Positions 46,153 to 54,890 of a stretch of 64,000 nucleotides of DNA are shown piece by piece; within the stretch, counting starts at the first letter, position 1; each line of letters opens with the position of its first letter. This DNA comes from an uncultured Eubacterium sp. GTDB lineage: Bacteria; Bacillota; Clostridia; Lachnospirales; Lachnospiraceae. Position numbers and translations under genes: made by a program. The stretch is from positions 13,695-77,694 of the forward strand of contig CAJTTQ010000001.1 in the NCBI GenBank assembly GCA_910579145.1, in the 5' to 3' direction. The notes under the pieces were generated by a model. The model did no database searches. It saw only the letters and a list, made by a program, of their open reading frames with translations, and had not been told where the DNA came from.

Positions 46153-46902
46153 ATGGCGAAAAAGGACAAGAAAAAAGAGGAAAAGAAAGATATTGCGCAG
46201 GAAGAGGGAGCGGGCAGCAAACTGCTGACGATTTTGATCGTATTTGTCATCGTGGTCATCTGGCTTGCTATTTTCGGCGTTTTGATCAAACTGGATGTCG
46301 GCAGGTTTGGCAGTCAGATTTTATATCCTGTCGTAAAAGATATACCGATCATCAATAAGATTCTGCCGGAAGTCGAGGGGGAAGTCCCGACGAACGCCTA
46401 TACGGATATTGATGAGGCGAACGCGAAGATCCGCGAGCTGGAGAGTGAACTTGCCTCTTTGAAAAGTACGAATACCGCGAGCGCGGACGAGGTGGCAGAA
46501 CTGAAAGCGGAGGTGGCGCGGCTGCAAAAGTTTGAGGAGCAGCAAAAAAGCTTTGAACAGCGCGTAAAAGAATTTGACGAAGAGGTTGTCTACGCGGACA
46601 ATGCGCCGGATATATCCGAATATCAGAAATTTTATGAGCAGATCGACCCGGACAATGCAGCGGCTATTTACAAACAGGTAGTAGAGGATCTTCAGTACAC
46701 GGCGAAGATCAAAAAGCAGGCCACGCTGTACAGTAAAATGGAACCGGCACAGGCCGCGGGGATTTTGGAAACGATGTCGGGCGACCTGACGTTAGTGGCC
46801 TCGATCATGGATTGCATGACGGAGTCGAAGAGCGCGGAGATACTGGCTAATATGGAGCCGGAGACAGCCGCCCAGATCACGACAAAAATGACGGCGAAAT
46901 AG
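46153..46902 (+). CDS. MotE/YlxF-like flagellar protein (TM, coiled coil, MgtE_N-like end)
   Basis: YSKMEPAQAAGIL..AEILANMEPETAAQIT; lies between fliJ and fliK. Confidence 0.8.
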   Translation: MAKKDKKKEEKKDIAQEEGAGSKLLTILIVFVIVVIWLAIFGVLIKLDVGRFGSQILYPVVKDIPIINKILPEVEGEVPTNAYTDIDEANAKIRELESELASLKSTNTASADEVAELKAEVARLQKFEEQQKSFEQRVKEFDEEVVYADNAPDISEYQKFYEQIDPDNAAAIYKQVVEDLQYTAKIKKQATLYSKMEPAQAAGILETMSGDLTLVASIMDCMTESKSAEILANMEPETAAQITTKMTAK

Positions 46903-46926
46903 GACGGCAAAAAGATGGTATATCAT

Positions 46927-46953
46927 TAACATTCTTTTGGATGTTACCGATAT
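46927..46953 (+). promoter_or_regulatory. Sigma-28 (SigD/FliA)-like promoter upstream of fliK
   Basis: TAAC-N15-ACCGATAT versus consensus TAAA-N15-GCCGATAT. Confidence 0.65.
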
Positions 46954-47047
46954 ATATTGCATGGGAAGGTTTGAAGTGTGGACTGTTCCCAGCGAAAATA
47001 AGACCGATCGAGGTCTATGACCAGCGGTCTGGAAAGGAGGATGCAGG

Positions 47048-48412
47048 ATGAAGACGCAGAGTATAGCAAAGAGCATGTCCCTCGTTCAGGCGAAGACGGC
47101 CGGGAAGGCAGCGAAAGCTGGCAACTCTTCATTTGACAGCCTTTTGGCCCATAATACGACAAAACTGGATGGAAAGAACAATGACCGTTTTTCGGCGAAG
47201 CAGACGGATCAAAAAGTAGGGAATGCGGCGAAGGACATTAGTTCGTCCCGGGATGACTTTAACCAGAATAAGATTTCTCTGAAAAATAATACGAAGGATC
47301 AGAATGTCGTGGAGAATGTCGAGCTGGATGAAGTTGAGACAAAGGTTGTTCAGTTTTTGGGTAACACATTCGGCCTGAGTGAAGAAGATGTCGTAGATAT
47401 TTTGGAGCAGCTCGGTCTGACCCCGATGGATCTCGTGCTGTTTATGGCACAGGATACGGTGGCCATCCAGCCTGTCAATGTAGAGAATATCAAGGCATTT
47501 ATCATGGAAGTACATGGCGTGGACGACGCGAGTCTGTTTTTGATGTCGGATCAGATGTCGGGAGAATTGAGTGACATCATGAAAGGGATTGAACAGATCC
47601 TGTCGCAGGAGCTCGGTGTTGACGTGTCTCAGTTGACGCAGGAAGATTCGATGATCTTACAGAGTTTCGCGGAGAAGCTTGGACAGCTCGTAAACAATCC
47701 GGGGGAACAGGCAAAGGAAATGGTTTCGAATACGGAAACCGAGGCAATGCCTGAAACGGTTGGAGCAGGTGTTCAGGATGAGATCCCGGTCGTTGTGGAA
47801 ATGTCCGAGGAGTCAGGAGCATCGGATGCGTTCCCGGGAGAGAGCCAGACGGCATCGAGGGGGATGGAAGAAGTTTCCGCCCGTGAGATCGAAAGTCCGC
47901 TCGGAGCGTTTGTGGAACGCTTATCGGAATCGTTTGAAAATGTCAGGCATACTGAAACAGTGAGTCCGCAGACGACGATGGCTAACATCGTGGAGCAGGT
48001 TGTCAATCATGTCAGGATCCGGATACTTCCGCAGACGACCAGTATGGAACTTCAGCTCAACCCAGAATCACTGGGCAGGGTCAATTTGAATGTGACATCG
48101 CAAAATGGTATGGCGACGGCGACACTTACCGTTCAGAACCAGGTGGCAAAAGAGGCGTTAGAGAGCCAGCTCACGGTGCTCCGGGAAAATTTGGAGAGCC
48201 AGGGGTTAAAAGTAGATGCCGTAGAGGTAAATGTTTCTGAATTTGGATTTAAACATCCAGAGGATTCGGAGCAGGGCAGGTATCCGCAGAAAAAACAGCC
48301 GCAGAATAAGAGATTCCGATTTGATTCCGTGGAAGATGTCGAAGAGCAGGAGTCCGCAGTGACAGCAGAGGAAAGACAGGATGGTAACAGTGTAGTTGAT
48401 TATACGGCATAA
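47048..48412 (+). CDS. fliK: Flagellar hook-length control protein FliK
   Basis: MELQLNPESLGRVNL..AKEALESQL..LRENLESQGLKVDAVEV. Confidence 0.93.
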   Translation: MKTQSIAKSMSLVQAKTAGKAAKAGNSSFDSLLAHNTTKLDGKNNDRFSAKQTDQKVGNAAKDISSSRDDFNQNKISLKNNTKDQNVVENVELDEVETKVVQFLGNTFGLSEEDVVDILEQLGLTPMDLVLFMAQDTVAIQPVNVENIKAFIMEVHGVDDASLFLMSDQMSGELSDIMKGIEQILSQELGVDVSQLTQEDSMILQSFAEKLGQLVNNPGEQAKEMVSNTETEAMPETVGAGVQDEIPVVVEMSEESGASDAFPGESQTASRGMEEVSAREIESPLGAFVERLSESFENVRHTETVSPQTTMANIVEQVVNHVRIRILPQTTSMELQLNPESLGRVNLNVTSQNGMATATLTVQNQVAKEALESQLTVLRENLESQGLKVDAVEVNVSEFGFKHPEDSEQGRYPQKKQPQNKRFRFDSVEDVEEQESAVTAEERQDGNSVVDYTA

Positions 48413-48508
48413 TAACAGCGCCAGTCAGGACACACGTAAGGCAGCATGGGAAGACAGGATGAAGTCGTGTGGTCGATGATACGAAATGAAAACAGGAGGT
48501 GAGGGAAT

Positions 48509-49312
48509 ATGGCTACAGCGCTCGATGGAATTCTTACAAAACTGGATGAGCTTACGTTTAGCACGGATCGTACGAATACATCCGAACAACCGAGCCGTAC
48601 ACCGGGGGGAGATCTGGGAAAAGATGAATTCCTGCAATTGCTCGTTTGCCAGATGAAAAATCAGGATCCGCTGGAACCGGAGAAAGATACTGATTTCATC
48701 GCACAGCTCGCACAGTTCTCCGCACTGGAGCAGATGCAGAACCTAAATGAGACCATGATGAATTCACAGGCATTTAGCCTCGTAGGCAAGTATGTATTAG
48801 TAAATACGACTGCTTCCGACGGAAAAGTAAGTGAAGTGAAAGGTGTCGTTGATTACGTCACGATTAAAAACGGGGATTCTTATATGTCCGTGAACGGAGA
48901 GCTTTATTCGATTGATAAACTTGTGGAAGTCAGGGATTCGTTTTATGCGATCCAGGAATTTCTTCCGACGGCGAAGAAGACCGAAGCTGTGTATGACAAA
49001 TCGGATAAGAAGCCGGTCGTGGTGGAGATCGATCTCGGAAAGGGTTCTTATGCGGCGAACAGCGTAGCAGTTGTTATCAACGGCGAATATGTCAAGTCGG
49101 ATTACCTGAAATATGAAGATGGTAAGCTTTCAATCTGGCCGGGTGCGCTTGACGGGTTGGATCCGGGCGAATACCAGGTAGGACTCTACTTTGATGATCC
49201 GTACAGCACATCAGTTATCGATAAAGTAACCATCAAGGTTACGGACACCGGTACAGGGGATGGTGCGGGTAGTGAAGGTGAAGGATCAGGCGAAGGTGAC
49301 AGTTCGCAGTAA
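48509..49312 (+). CDS. flgD: Flagellar hook capping protein FlgD with an extra C-terminal domain
   Basis: LGKDEFLQLLVCQMKNQDPLEP..FIAQLAQFSALEQMQNLN. Confidence 0.95.
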   Translation: MATALDGILTKLDELTFSTDRTNTSEQPSRTPGGDLGKDEFLQLLVCQMKNQDPLEPEKDTDFIAQLAQFSALEQMQNLNETMMNSQAFSLVGKYVLVNTTASDGKVSEVKGVVDYVTIKNGDSYMSVNGELYSIDKLVEVRDSFYAIQEFLPTAKKTEAVYDKSDKKPVVVEIDLGKGSYAANSVAVVINGEYVKSDYLKYEDGKLSIWPGALDGLDPGEYQVGLYFDDPYSTSVIDKVTIKVTDTGTGDGAGSEGEGSGEGDSSQ

Positions 49313-49335
49313 ACGTTCAGGAGGTGGACAAAGGA

Positions 49336-49722
49336 ATGAATATTACAAATAATAACTTTTCGTCCATCGATGAAATGCGCCAAAAACTGGCGAATGGTTC
49401 CGCTGGGAAAAAGGCGGATACGAAACAGAGTGGTTCTGGGAAATCGTTTGACAGGGTACTGATCGATACGGCAGATGAGGTGAAGTTTTCCAAACATGCT
49501 GTAAAACGGTTGGAGATGCGTAATATTTCGATTTCAGACGAGCAGAAAGCGAGACTGGAAGACGCGGCGGATCAGGCGGTGGAAAAAGGAATGACAGAAT
49601 CCCTTGTGATGGTTGACGATCTGGCATTTATTCTTAACGTCAGGAGCAAAACCATTGTGACGGCCGTAAACGATACGGCAAATGCAGTTTTTACCAATAT
49701 CGATGGAGCGATAATCAACTAA
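49336..49722 (+). CDS. Flagellar operon protein, TIGR02530 family
   Basis: VKFSKHA..RLE.RNI; ESLV..AFI..TIVTA..VFTNIDGAII; between flgD and flgE. Confidence 0.9.
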   Translation: MNITNNNFSSIDEMRQKLANGSAGKKADTKQSGSGKSFDRVLIDTADEVKFSKHAVKRLEMRNISISDEQKARLEDAADQAVEKGMTESLVMVDDLAFILNVRSKTIVTAVNDTANAVFTNIDGAIIN

Positions 49723-49748
49723 AATTGCAAGCAGGACTTTTTGTAAAA

Positions 49749-49802
49749 ACATGCTGGCCCTTGACAGGAAGCATGTAAGCCTTTGAATGCTTGAGAAGGC
49801 TT
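49749..49802 (+). promoter_or_regulatory. Two adjacent stem-loops in the flgE leader; candidate cis-regulatory RNA
   Basis: ACATGCT/AGCATGT (49749-49776) and AAGCCTT/AAGGCTT (49777-49802); no U tract. Confidence 0.55.
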
Positions 49803-49832
49803 CATAAAAAGAAATTTTGGAGGGTGATCATT

Positions 49833-51278
49833 ATGATGAGATCATTGTGGTCTGGTGTTTCGGGCCTGAAAGTACACCAGACGAAGATGGACGTATTAGG
49901 TAACAATATTGCGAATGTAAATACAGTTGGCTTCCGCGCGAGTACGACAAACTTCACCGACGTATTCTACCAGACGACACAGGGCGCGACCGGGCCGAAT
50001 GCCAACACGGGCGCGGCAGGACGGAACGCGATGCAGATCGGACTCGGTGCCAATGTAGCGACGATCGCTGTGGATCTGAGCGGAAATGGTGCGACAAACC
50101 GTACTGACCGCGGAATGGACCTCATGATCAACGGAGATGCGTTCTTTGTCGTGAGAAGTAATGGCGCTACATACTTCACGAAATCTGGTGCGCTTGATAT
50201 CGATGCGGACGGAACGCTTTATTGCACGACGAATGGAGCGACGGTTCTCGGATGGGGCGTCGATGAGAACGGTGAAATCCGCAAGGACATCGTTGATTCC
50301 CTGAAACTGATGTCGCCGGAAAACCAGTCGGCTCCGCCTACGGCAACGAGAAATGTAACACTTTCGGGAAATATTGACGCGAAGGATAAAGAAGTAGCAT
50401 ATAGTGTTGACGGAACCGGTTATCCGATTTCGATCCAGTTTTTTGATAATGTCGGAAATAAGTATACCGCGAAATTAAAGGTAATGCTGGCAAATGAAAC
50501 GACGGATAGTCAGTTCAGCGTTTCTCTCACGGATATTTTGGATGCGAACGGATCCATACTGAAACGGGCCACACAGGATGAAAGTGGAAATACTGTATAT
50601 GAAACGACAGAACAATATGTGACATTTGCAGGTCAGGATCTGACAGGGTATACGTGTGATCCTGATGGAACTCTCCACTTCCCGAACAGTGAGGCGCTTC
50701 TCACATTTAACGGGGCAACGGGTGAATTTGTCAGTGTAACAGGAGAGGTGCCGGGTATTCTGAACCTCACATTGAATGACGGAGCTACGGAAAATAATCC
50801 GTTTCCGATCGGCGGTATTGACATTGATTTTTCTGGATTGACGAAGTACGCGACGAGCGGGACGTGTAGTGTCGATCCAAAACGAGGAGACCGGAACGGT
50901 TATAATGCCGGAAACGCGGCTGGCCAGCTCAACGGCTTTTCAATCGGAACAGACGGCAGGATTTATGCTGTCTATGACAACGGTGACAATAAACTGCTCG
51001 GACAGATCGCGGTAGCGTCGTTCCCGAACCCATCTGGTTTGGAGGCACAGGGAAACAGTTTGTTCGCAGCTACGCTCAATTCCGGCGAATTTGACGGGGT
51101 TGGTAAGGATATTACAGAGATCGGCAGTTTTTCTGTCGGCGCCTTGGAGATGTCTAATGTGGATCTCGCGACGGAGTTTACAAACATGATCACGACACAG
51201 CGTGGATTCCAGGCGAATTCAAGAACGATCACGACATCAGATACGCTTTTGGAGGAACTGATCAATCTGAAACGATAA
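49833..51278 (+). CDS. flgE: Flagellar hook protein FlgE
   Basis: MMRSLWSGVSGL..MDVLGNNIANVNTVGF; GALEMSNVDLATEFTNMITTQRGFQANSR. Confidence 0.96.
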   Translation: MMRSLWSGVSGLKVHQTKMDVLGNNIANVNTVGFRASTTNFTDVFYQTTQGATGPNANTGAAGRNAMQIGLGANVATIAVDLSGNGATNRTDRGMDLMINGDAFFVVRSNGATYFTKSGALDIDADGTLYCTTNGATVLGWGVDENGEIRKDIVDSLKLMSPENQSAPPTATRNVTLSGNIDAKDKEVAYSVDGTGYPISIQFFDNVGNKYTAKLKVMLANETTDSQFSVSLTDILDANGSILKRATQDESGNTVYETTEQYVTFAGQDLTGYTCDPDGTLHFPNSEALLTFNGATGEFVSVTGEVPGILNLTLNDGATENNPFPIGGIDIDFSGLTKYATSGTCSVDPKRGDRNGYNAGNAAGQLNGFSIGTDGRIYAVYDNGDNKLLGQIAVASFPNPSGLEAQGNSLFAATLNSGEFDGVGKDITEIGSFSVGALEMSNVDLATEFTNMITTQRGFQANSRTITTSDTLLEELINLKR

Positions 51279-51301
51279 TGCACTTAAGCTTGATTAAATT
51301 G

Positions 51302-51332
51302 AAAAAAGGGAAACAAAAGGTTTCCCTTTTTT
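51302..51332 (+). terminator. Intrinsic terminator after flgE
   Basis: AAAAAAGGGAAAC-AAAAG-GTTTCCCTTTTTT. Confidence 0.8.
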
Positions 51333-51418
51333 GTGTTTTATGTTATAATGAAAATGCGTGGGATGAAATCCAGACACTTGCACGGACGTGGTGATTTGCG
51401 CGGGAAGGAGAGGACGTT

Positions 51419-51607
51419 ATGATTGACATCACGAGGATGAACGGGAAACCGTTTACCTTGAATTCCGACTTGATCGAGACAGTTGAGGAGTCACCGGATA
51501 CGGTTGTCACACTTACAACGGGAAAAAAAATAATTGTAAAAGAGAGTAGACAAGAGATAAAAAATTTAGTAAAATCATATCGGAGAGAAATTTTCCAAAA
51601 CATATAG
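51419..51607 (+). CDS. flbD: Flagellar protein FlbD (SwrD family)
   Basis: MIDITRMNG..LNSDLIETVEESPDTVVTLTTGKKIIVKES. Confidence 0.93.
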   Translation: MIDITRMNGKPFTLNSDLIETVEESPDTVVTLTTGKKIIVKESRQEIKNLVKSYRREIFQNI

Positions 51608-51635
51608 ACAAAAAAGATTAAGGTGGTGTATTTTC

Positions 51636-52454
51636 TTGGATTTAGCATCAATTATAGGTTTGGTCGGTTGTGCGGCAGCCGTGGTTTACGGTATCGTATC
51701 GGGAGATCAGGGATTTGCGGCGCTGAATAACTTCTGGGACTTTTCGTCCTTCCTTATTACGGTCATGGGGTCGTTATTCTGTATGCTGACGATGGCAGAC
51801 AGTATACCAGGGCTGATCGCCTCCCTGAAATCGGTCGGTCTTATCATGAAGACGCCAGAGAGTAATGAGGGAGAGGTCATACATACTATTATTGACTTAG
51901 CGAATGTCGCAAGAAAAGAAGGGCTTCTGCAGCTGGAAGAGGCGGCATCCGACATCGACGACGAGTTTTTGAAAAAGGGTATCATGCTCATCGTAGACGG
52001 TACCGATCAGGAGCTTGTTACGAGCATTTTAGAGACGGACTTGAGTTGTGTGGAGCGAAGGCATAACAAAGTGATCAGTTTCTGGGACGGTCTGGCGGCG
52101 ATGGGACCTGCCTGGGGAATGATCGGTACGCTGATCGGATTGATCAACATGCTGAAGCTTTTGGACGATCCGAGTTCGATCGGGCCGAACATGGCGGTGG
52201 CGTTGATCACGACATTGTACGGTTCCCTGCTGGCAAACTGGATCAGTATCCCGATCGCGTCGAAACTCCGGGCGATCAATGCGACGGAAATCATGACGAA
52301 AGAAGTCATTTGCGAGGGAATCCTTTCGATCCAGGCGGGAGAGAACCCGAGAGTGATCGAGGAGAAACTGAAATCATTCCTGGCACCAAAACTCCGCGAA
52401 GAGGCGTTGAGCGGCAGTGATGACGGCGGTGCCGGTCAAGGCGGTGAGGGATAA
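51636..52454 (+). CDS. motA: Flagellar stator A subunit (MotA/PomA/MotP family)
   Basis: ARKEGLLQLE, GPAWGMIGTLIGL, MAVALITTLYG, GENPR. Confidence 0.95.
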   Translation: MDLASIIGLVGCAAAVVYGIVSGDQGFAALNNFWDFSSFLITVMGSLFCMLTMADSIPGLIASLKSVGLIMKTPESNEGEVIHTIIDLANVARKEGLLQLEEAASDIDDEFLKKGIMLIVDGTDQELVTSILETDLSCVERRHNKVISFWDGLAAMGPAWGMIGTLIGLINMLKLLDDPSSIGPNMAVALITTLYGSLLANWISIPIASKLRAINATEIMTKEVICEGILSIQAGENPRVIEEKLKSFLAPKLREEALSGSDDGGAGQGGEG

Positions 52455-53278
52455 TGGCGAGGAAGAAACGAGAAGAACCACAATCCATCGAAGGCGGATG
52501 GATCAATACGTTTGCCGATCTGATGAATTTGCTGCTTTGCTTTTTCGTTCTCCTGTTTTCCATGTCTACCGTAGATGCGGATAAGTATGAACAGATCGTC
52601 GCATCGTTTTCCGAGAAGATCAATATTTTTGATGGCGGCGGAGATGCGGTAGGAGAGGGTGCTTTTGTATCCAGCGGCACGAGCCAGAAGGTGTCGGTGG
52701 AGCAGTACTTCAATGAATTTGAAAACAGCGGGGAGAAGCCGACAGAGGACCAGGATACGGCGGAGAAATCCGAGAAGGACAAATTCGAAGAAGAGAAGCT
52801 GGCAGAGTTAAAGCAGAAAACGGAAACGTTGTATGAGGAAGTGTCCGGAATGGCGTCGAACAAAAAGGTAGAGGATATGATCAACGTCAATATGGATGAG
52901 AAGTTCCAGTATGTCCAGATTTCACTGAATGGAGCGATCCTGTTTGACTCTGGATCCGATGAGATCAAGCGGTCAGCGCGCAGTGTCCTGAGTAAAGTCG
53001 GCGACATATTGAAAATATATGATAAACATCAGATCAAGATCGAGGGCCATACGGATAATGTTCCGATCTCCAGTGGGAAATTCGAGGACAATATGTGGCT
53101 TTCGACGGCGAGGGCGACGAGGGTCTGGCAGTATTTCGTGGACGAAAAGAACTTAGATCCGAAGACGCTTGAGTCGGCAGGGAAAAGCGAGTACGATCCG
53201 GTGGCGGACAATAAAACGGAAAATGGACGTGCGAAAAACCGCCGCGTGGAAATAAAGATTTATACAGAGAATGATTAG
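52454..53278 (+). CDS. motB: Flagellar stator B subunit (MotB/PomB/MotS family)
   Basis: WINTFADLMNLLLCFFVLLFSMS; OmpA-like EGHTDNVP..LSTARA..NRRVEI. Confidence 0.95.
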   Translation: MARKKREEPQSIEGGWINTFADLMNLLLCFFVLLFSMSTVDADKYEQIVASFSEKINIFDGGGDAVGEGAFVSSGTSQKVSVEQYFNEFENSGEKPTEDQDTAEKSEKDKFEEEKLAELKQKTETLYEEVSGMASNKKVEDMINVNMDEKFQYVQISLNGAILFDSGSDEIKRSARSVLSKVGDILKIYDKHQIKIEGHTDNVPISSGKFEDNMWLSTARATRVWQYFVDEKNLDPKTLESAGKSEYDPVADNKTENGRAKNRRVEIKIYTEND

Positions 53279-53287
53279 GAGGCTGTT

Positions 53288-53794
53288 ATGAAAAAGAATA
53301 TACTGACGATTGTGATCATGGCATCTACGGTGCTTAATCTGGTACTTACGATTATTATGGTTTTCTCTATTGTTCCGGCTATGAATAAGACGAATAAGCT
53401 TGTGGATAAAGTGGCATCGGTGATCGATCTGGAACTGGAGAAAGAAGAAGATAAAAACTATGATGTAAAAGATCTGGAACCGTTTGACATCCCTTTTGAG
53501 AACAAACAGACGATCAACTTAAAGCAGGGTGATGACGGGGAGTCTCATTATGTCATTCTCGAAGGAATTTCTGTTTCCTTTAACAAAGAAGCAGATGATT
53601 ACAGTGATATCTCGGAATCGGTCAAAGAGGCTACGGTATATGTCGTGGACTGCGTGAAGGAGGCGATTTCCGAGCAGACGATCCAGTCCTTGAATGAGAA
53701 TACGGTGAAAGAACTGGCGCTCGCAAAAATACAGGAATTCTATGATTCGAAATGTATTGTACGTATTTCCCTATTAGGGTATATGTTCCAATAA
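53288..53794 (+). CDS. fliL: Flagellar basal body-associated protein FliL
   Basis: N-terminal TM; TINLK..HY motif; between motB and fliM. Confidence 0.85.
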   Translation: MKKNILTIVIMASTVLNLVLTIIMVFSIVPAMNKTNKLVDKVASVIDLELEKEEDKNYDVKDLEPFDIPFENKQTINLKQGDDGESHYVILEGISVSFNKEADDYSDISESVKEATVYVVDCVKEAISEQTIQSLNENTVKELALAKIQEFYDSKCIVRISLLGYMFQ

Positions 53795-53906
53795 TATTTT
53801 TTGAAGAAAATACTTTATCTTAGAATGGATTTATGGTATAATATAAAACGTGGTGTCATGTTACTTGAGGACATCCCGTAATCTGTGATACAGTGAGGTG
53901 AAAAGA

Positions 53907-54884
53907 ATGGCGGATGTGTTGTCGCAAAGCGAAATTGATAGTTTGCTTTCCGCCCTGAATAATGGTGAGTTCGATCCAGCGATATCCGAGGAGGTGGAAG
54001 AAAAGCAGGTAAAAGATTACAATTTTGCCAGGCCATCCAAATTCTCTAAAGACCACTTGCGTACATTGGTATTTATATTTGAGCATTATGCCAGATTGGT
54101 GTCTACAAGCCTTCCTGTATATTTGAGGAAGAGTGTACAGGTAGAGGTGATGCACGCAGAGGCGGCAACGTTTCAGGAGTTTTCGAATTCCTTGTCAAAT
54201 CCCGTCCTGCTCGGAGTCGTAAATTTTGCTCCCCTGGAAGGGACGGTTATTCTGGAAATGGCGAGCGGATTAGGGTATACGATCGTGGACCGGATGCTCG
54301 GAGGGAGCGGCGTGCCGCTGGAAAAAGCAAGGGAATTTACGGAAATTGAGTTGACGATTATTGAGGGAATCCTTAGTGTCTGTACAAATCTGCTCGTAGA
54401 ACCCTGGGCTAATGTACAGGAATTAGAGCCTACGTTGGAACGGATCGAGACGAACTCGCAGTTTGCCCAGTTTGTTTCCCCGAATGAAATGACTTCAATC
54501 GTTACGATGAATATTAAGATCGGAGAAGTAGAGGGCTTGATGAATATCTGTATTCCTTATACGGTCGTAGAGCCGGTAATTGATAAGATCAATACGAAAT
54601 ACTGGTATTCGACAGCGGATGTTAAGAGCAACGAGGCTTACCGCGAGTTGATTGAAGATACACTGAACCGGGCACAAATTCCTGTGAGAGCTGTTATGGG
54701 ACGAAGCGCGATTTCGGTCAATGATTTTATTCATTTACAGGTAGGGGATATTATAAAAGTTGACACGAGATTGGAAGACGAATTGGATATTTTCGTCGGT
54801 AATCTTAAGAAATTTTCTGCATTGCCCGGAGCGTACAATGACGCATATGCAGTTAAGATTAAATCAGTATACAGAGAGGAGTAA
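53907..54884 (+). CDS. fliM: Flagellar motor switch protein FliM
   Basis: MADVLSQSEIDSLL, YNFARPSKFSKD, DRMLGG.G, RIETN. Confidence 0.97.
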   Translation: MADVLSQSEIDSLLSALNNGEFDPAISEEVEEKQVKDYNFARPSKFSKDHLRTLVFIFEHYARLVSTSLPVYLRKSVQVEVMHAEAATFQEFSNSLSNPVLLGVVNFAPLEGTVILEMASGLGYTIVDRMLGGSGVPLEKAREFTEIELTIIEGILSVCTNLLVEPWANVQELEPTLERIETNSQFAQFVSPNEMTSIVTMNIKIGEVEGLMNICIPYTVVEPVIDKINTKYWYSTADVKSNEAYRELIEDTLNRAQIPVRAVMGRSAISVNDFIHLQVGDIIKVDTRLEDELDIFVGNLKKFSALPGAYNDAYAVKIKSVYREE

Positions 54885-54890
54885 AATGGC

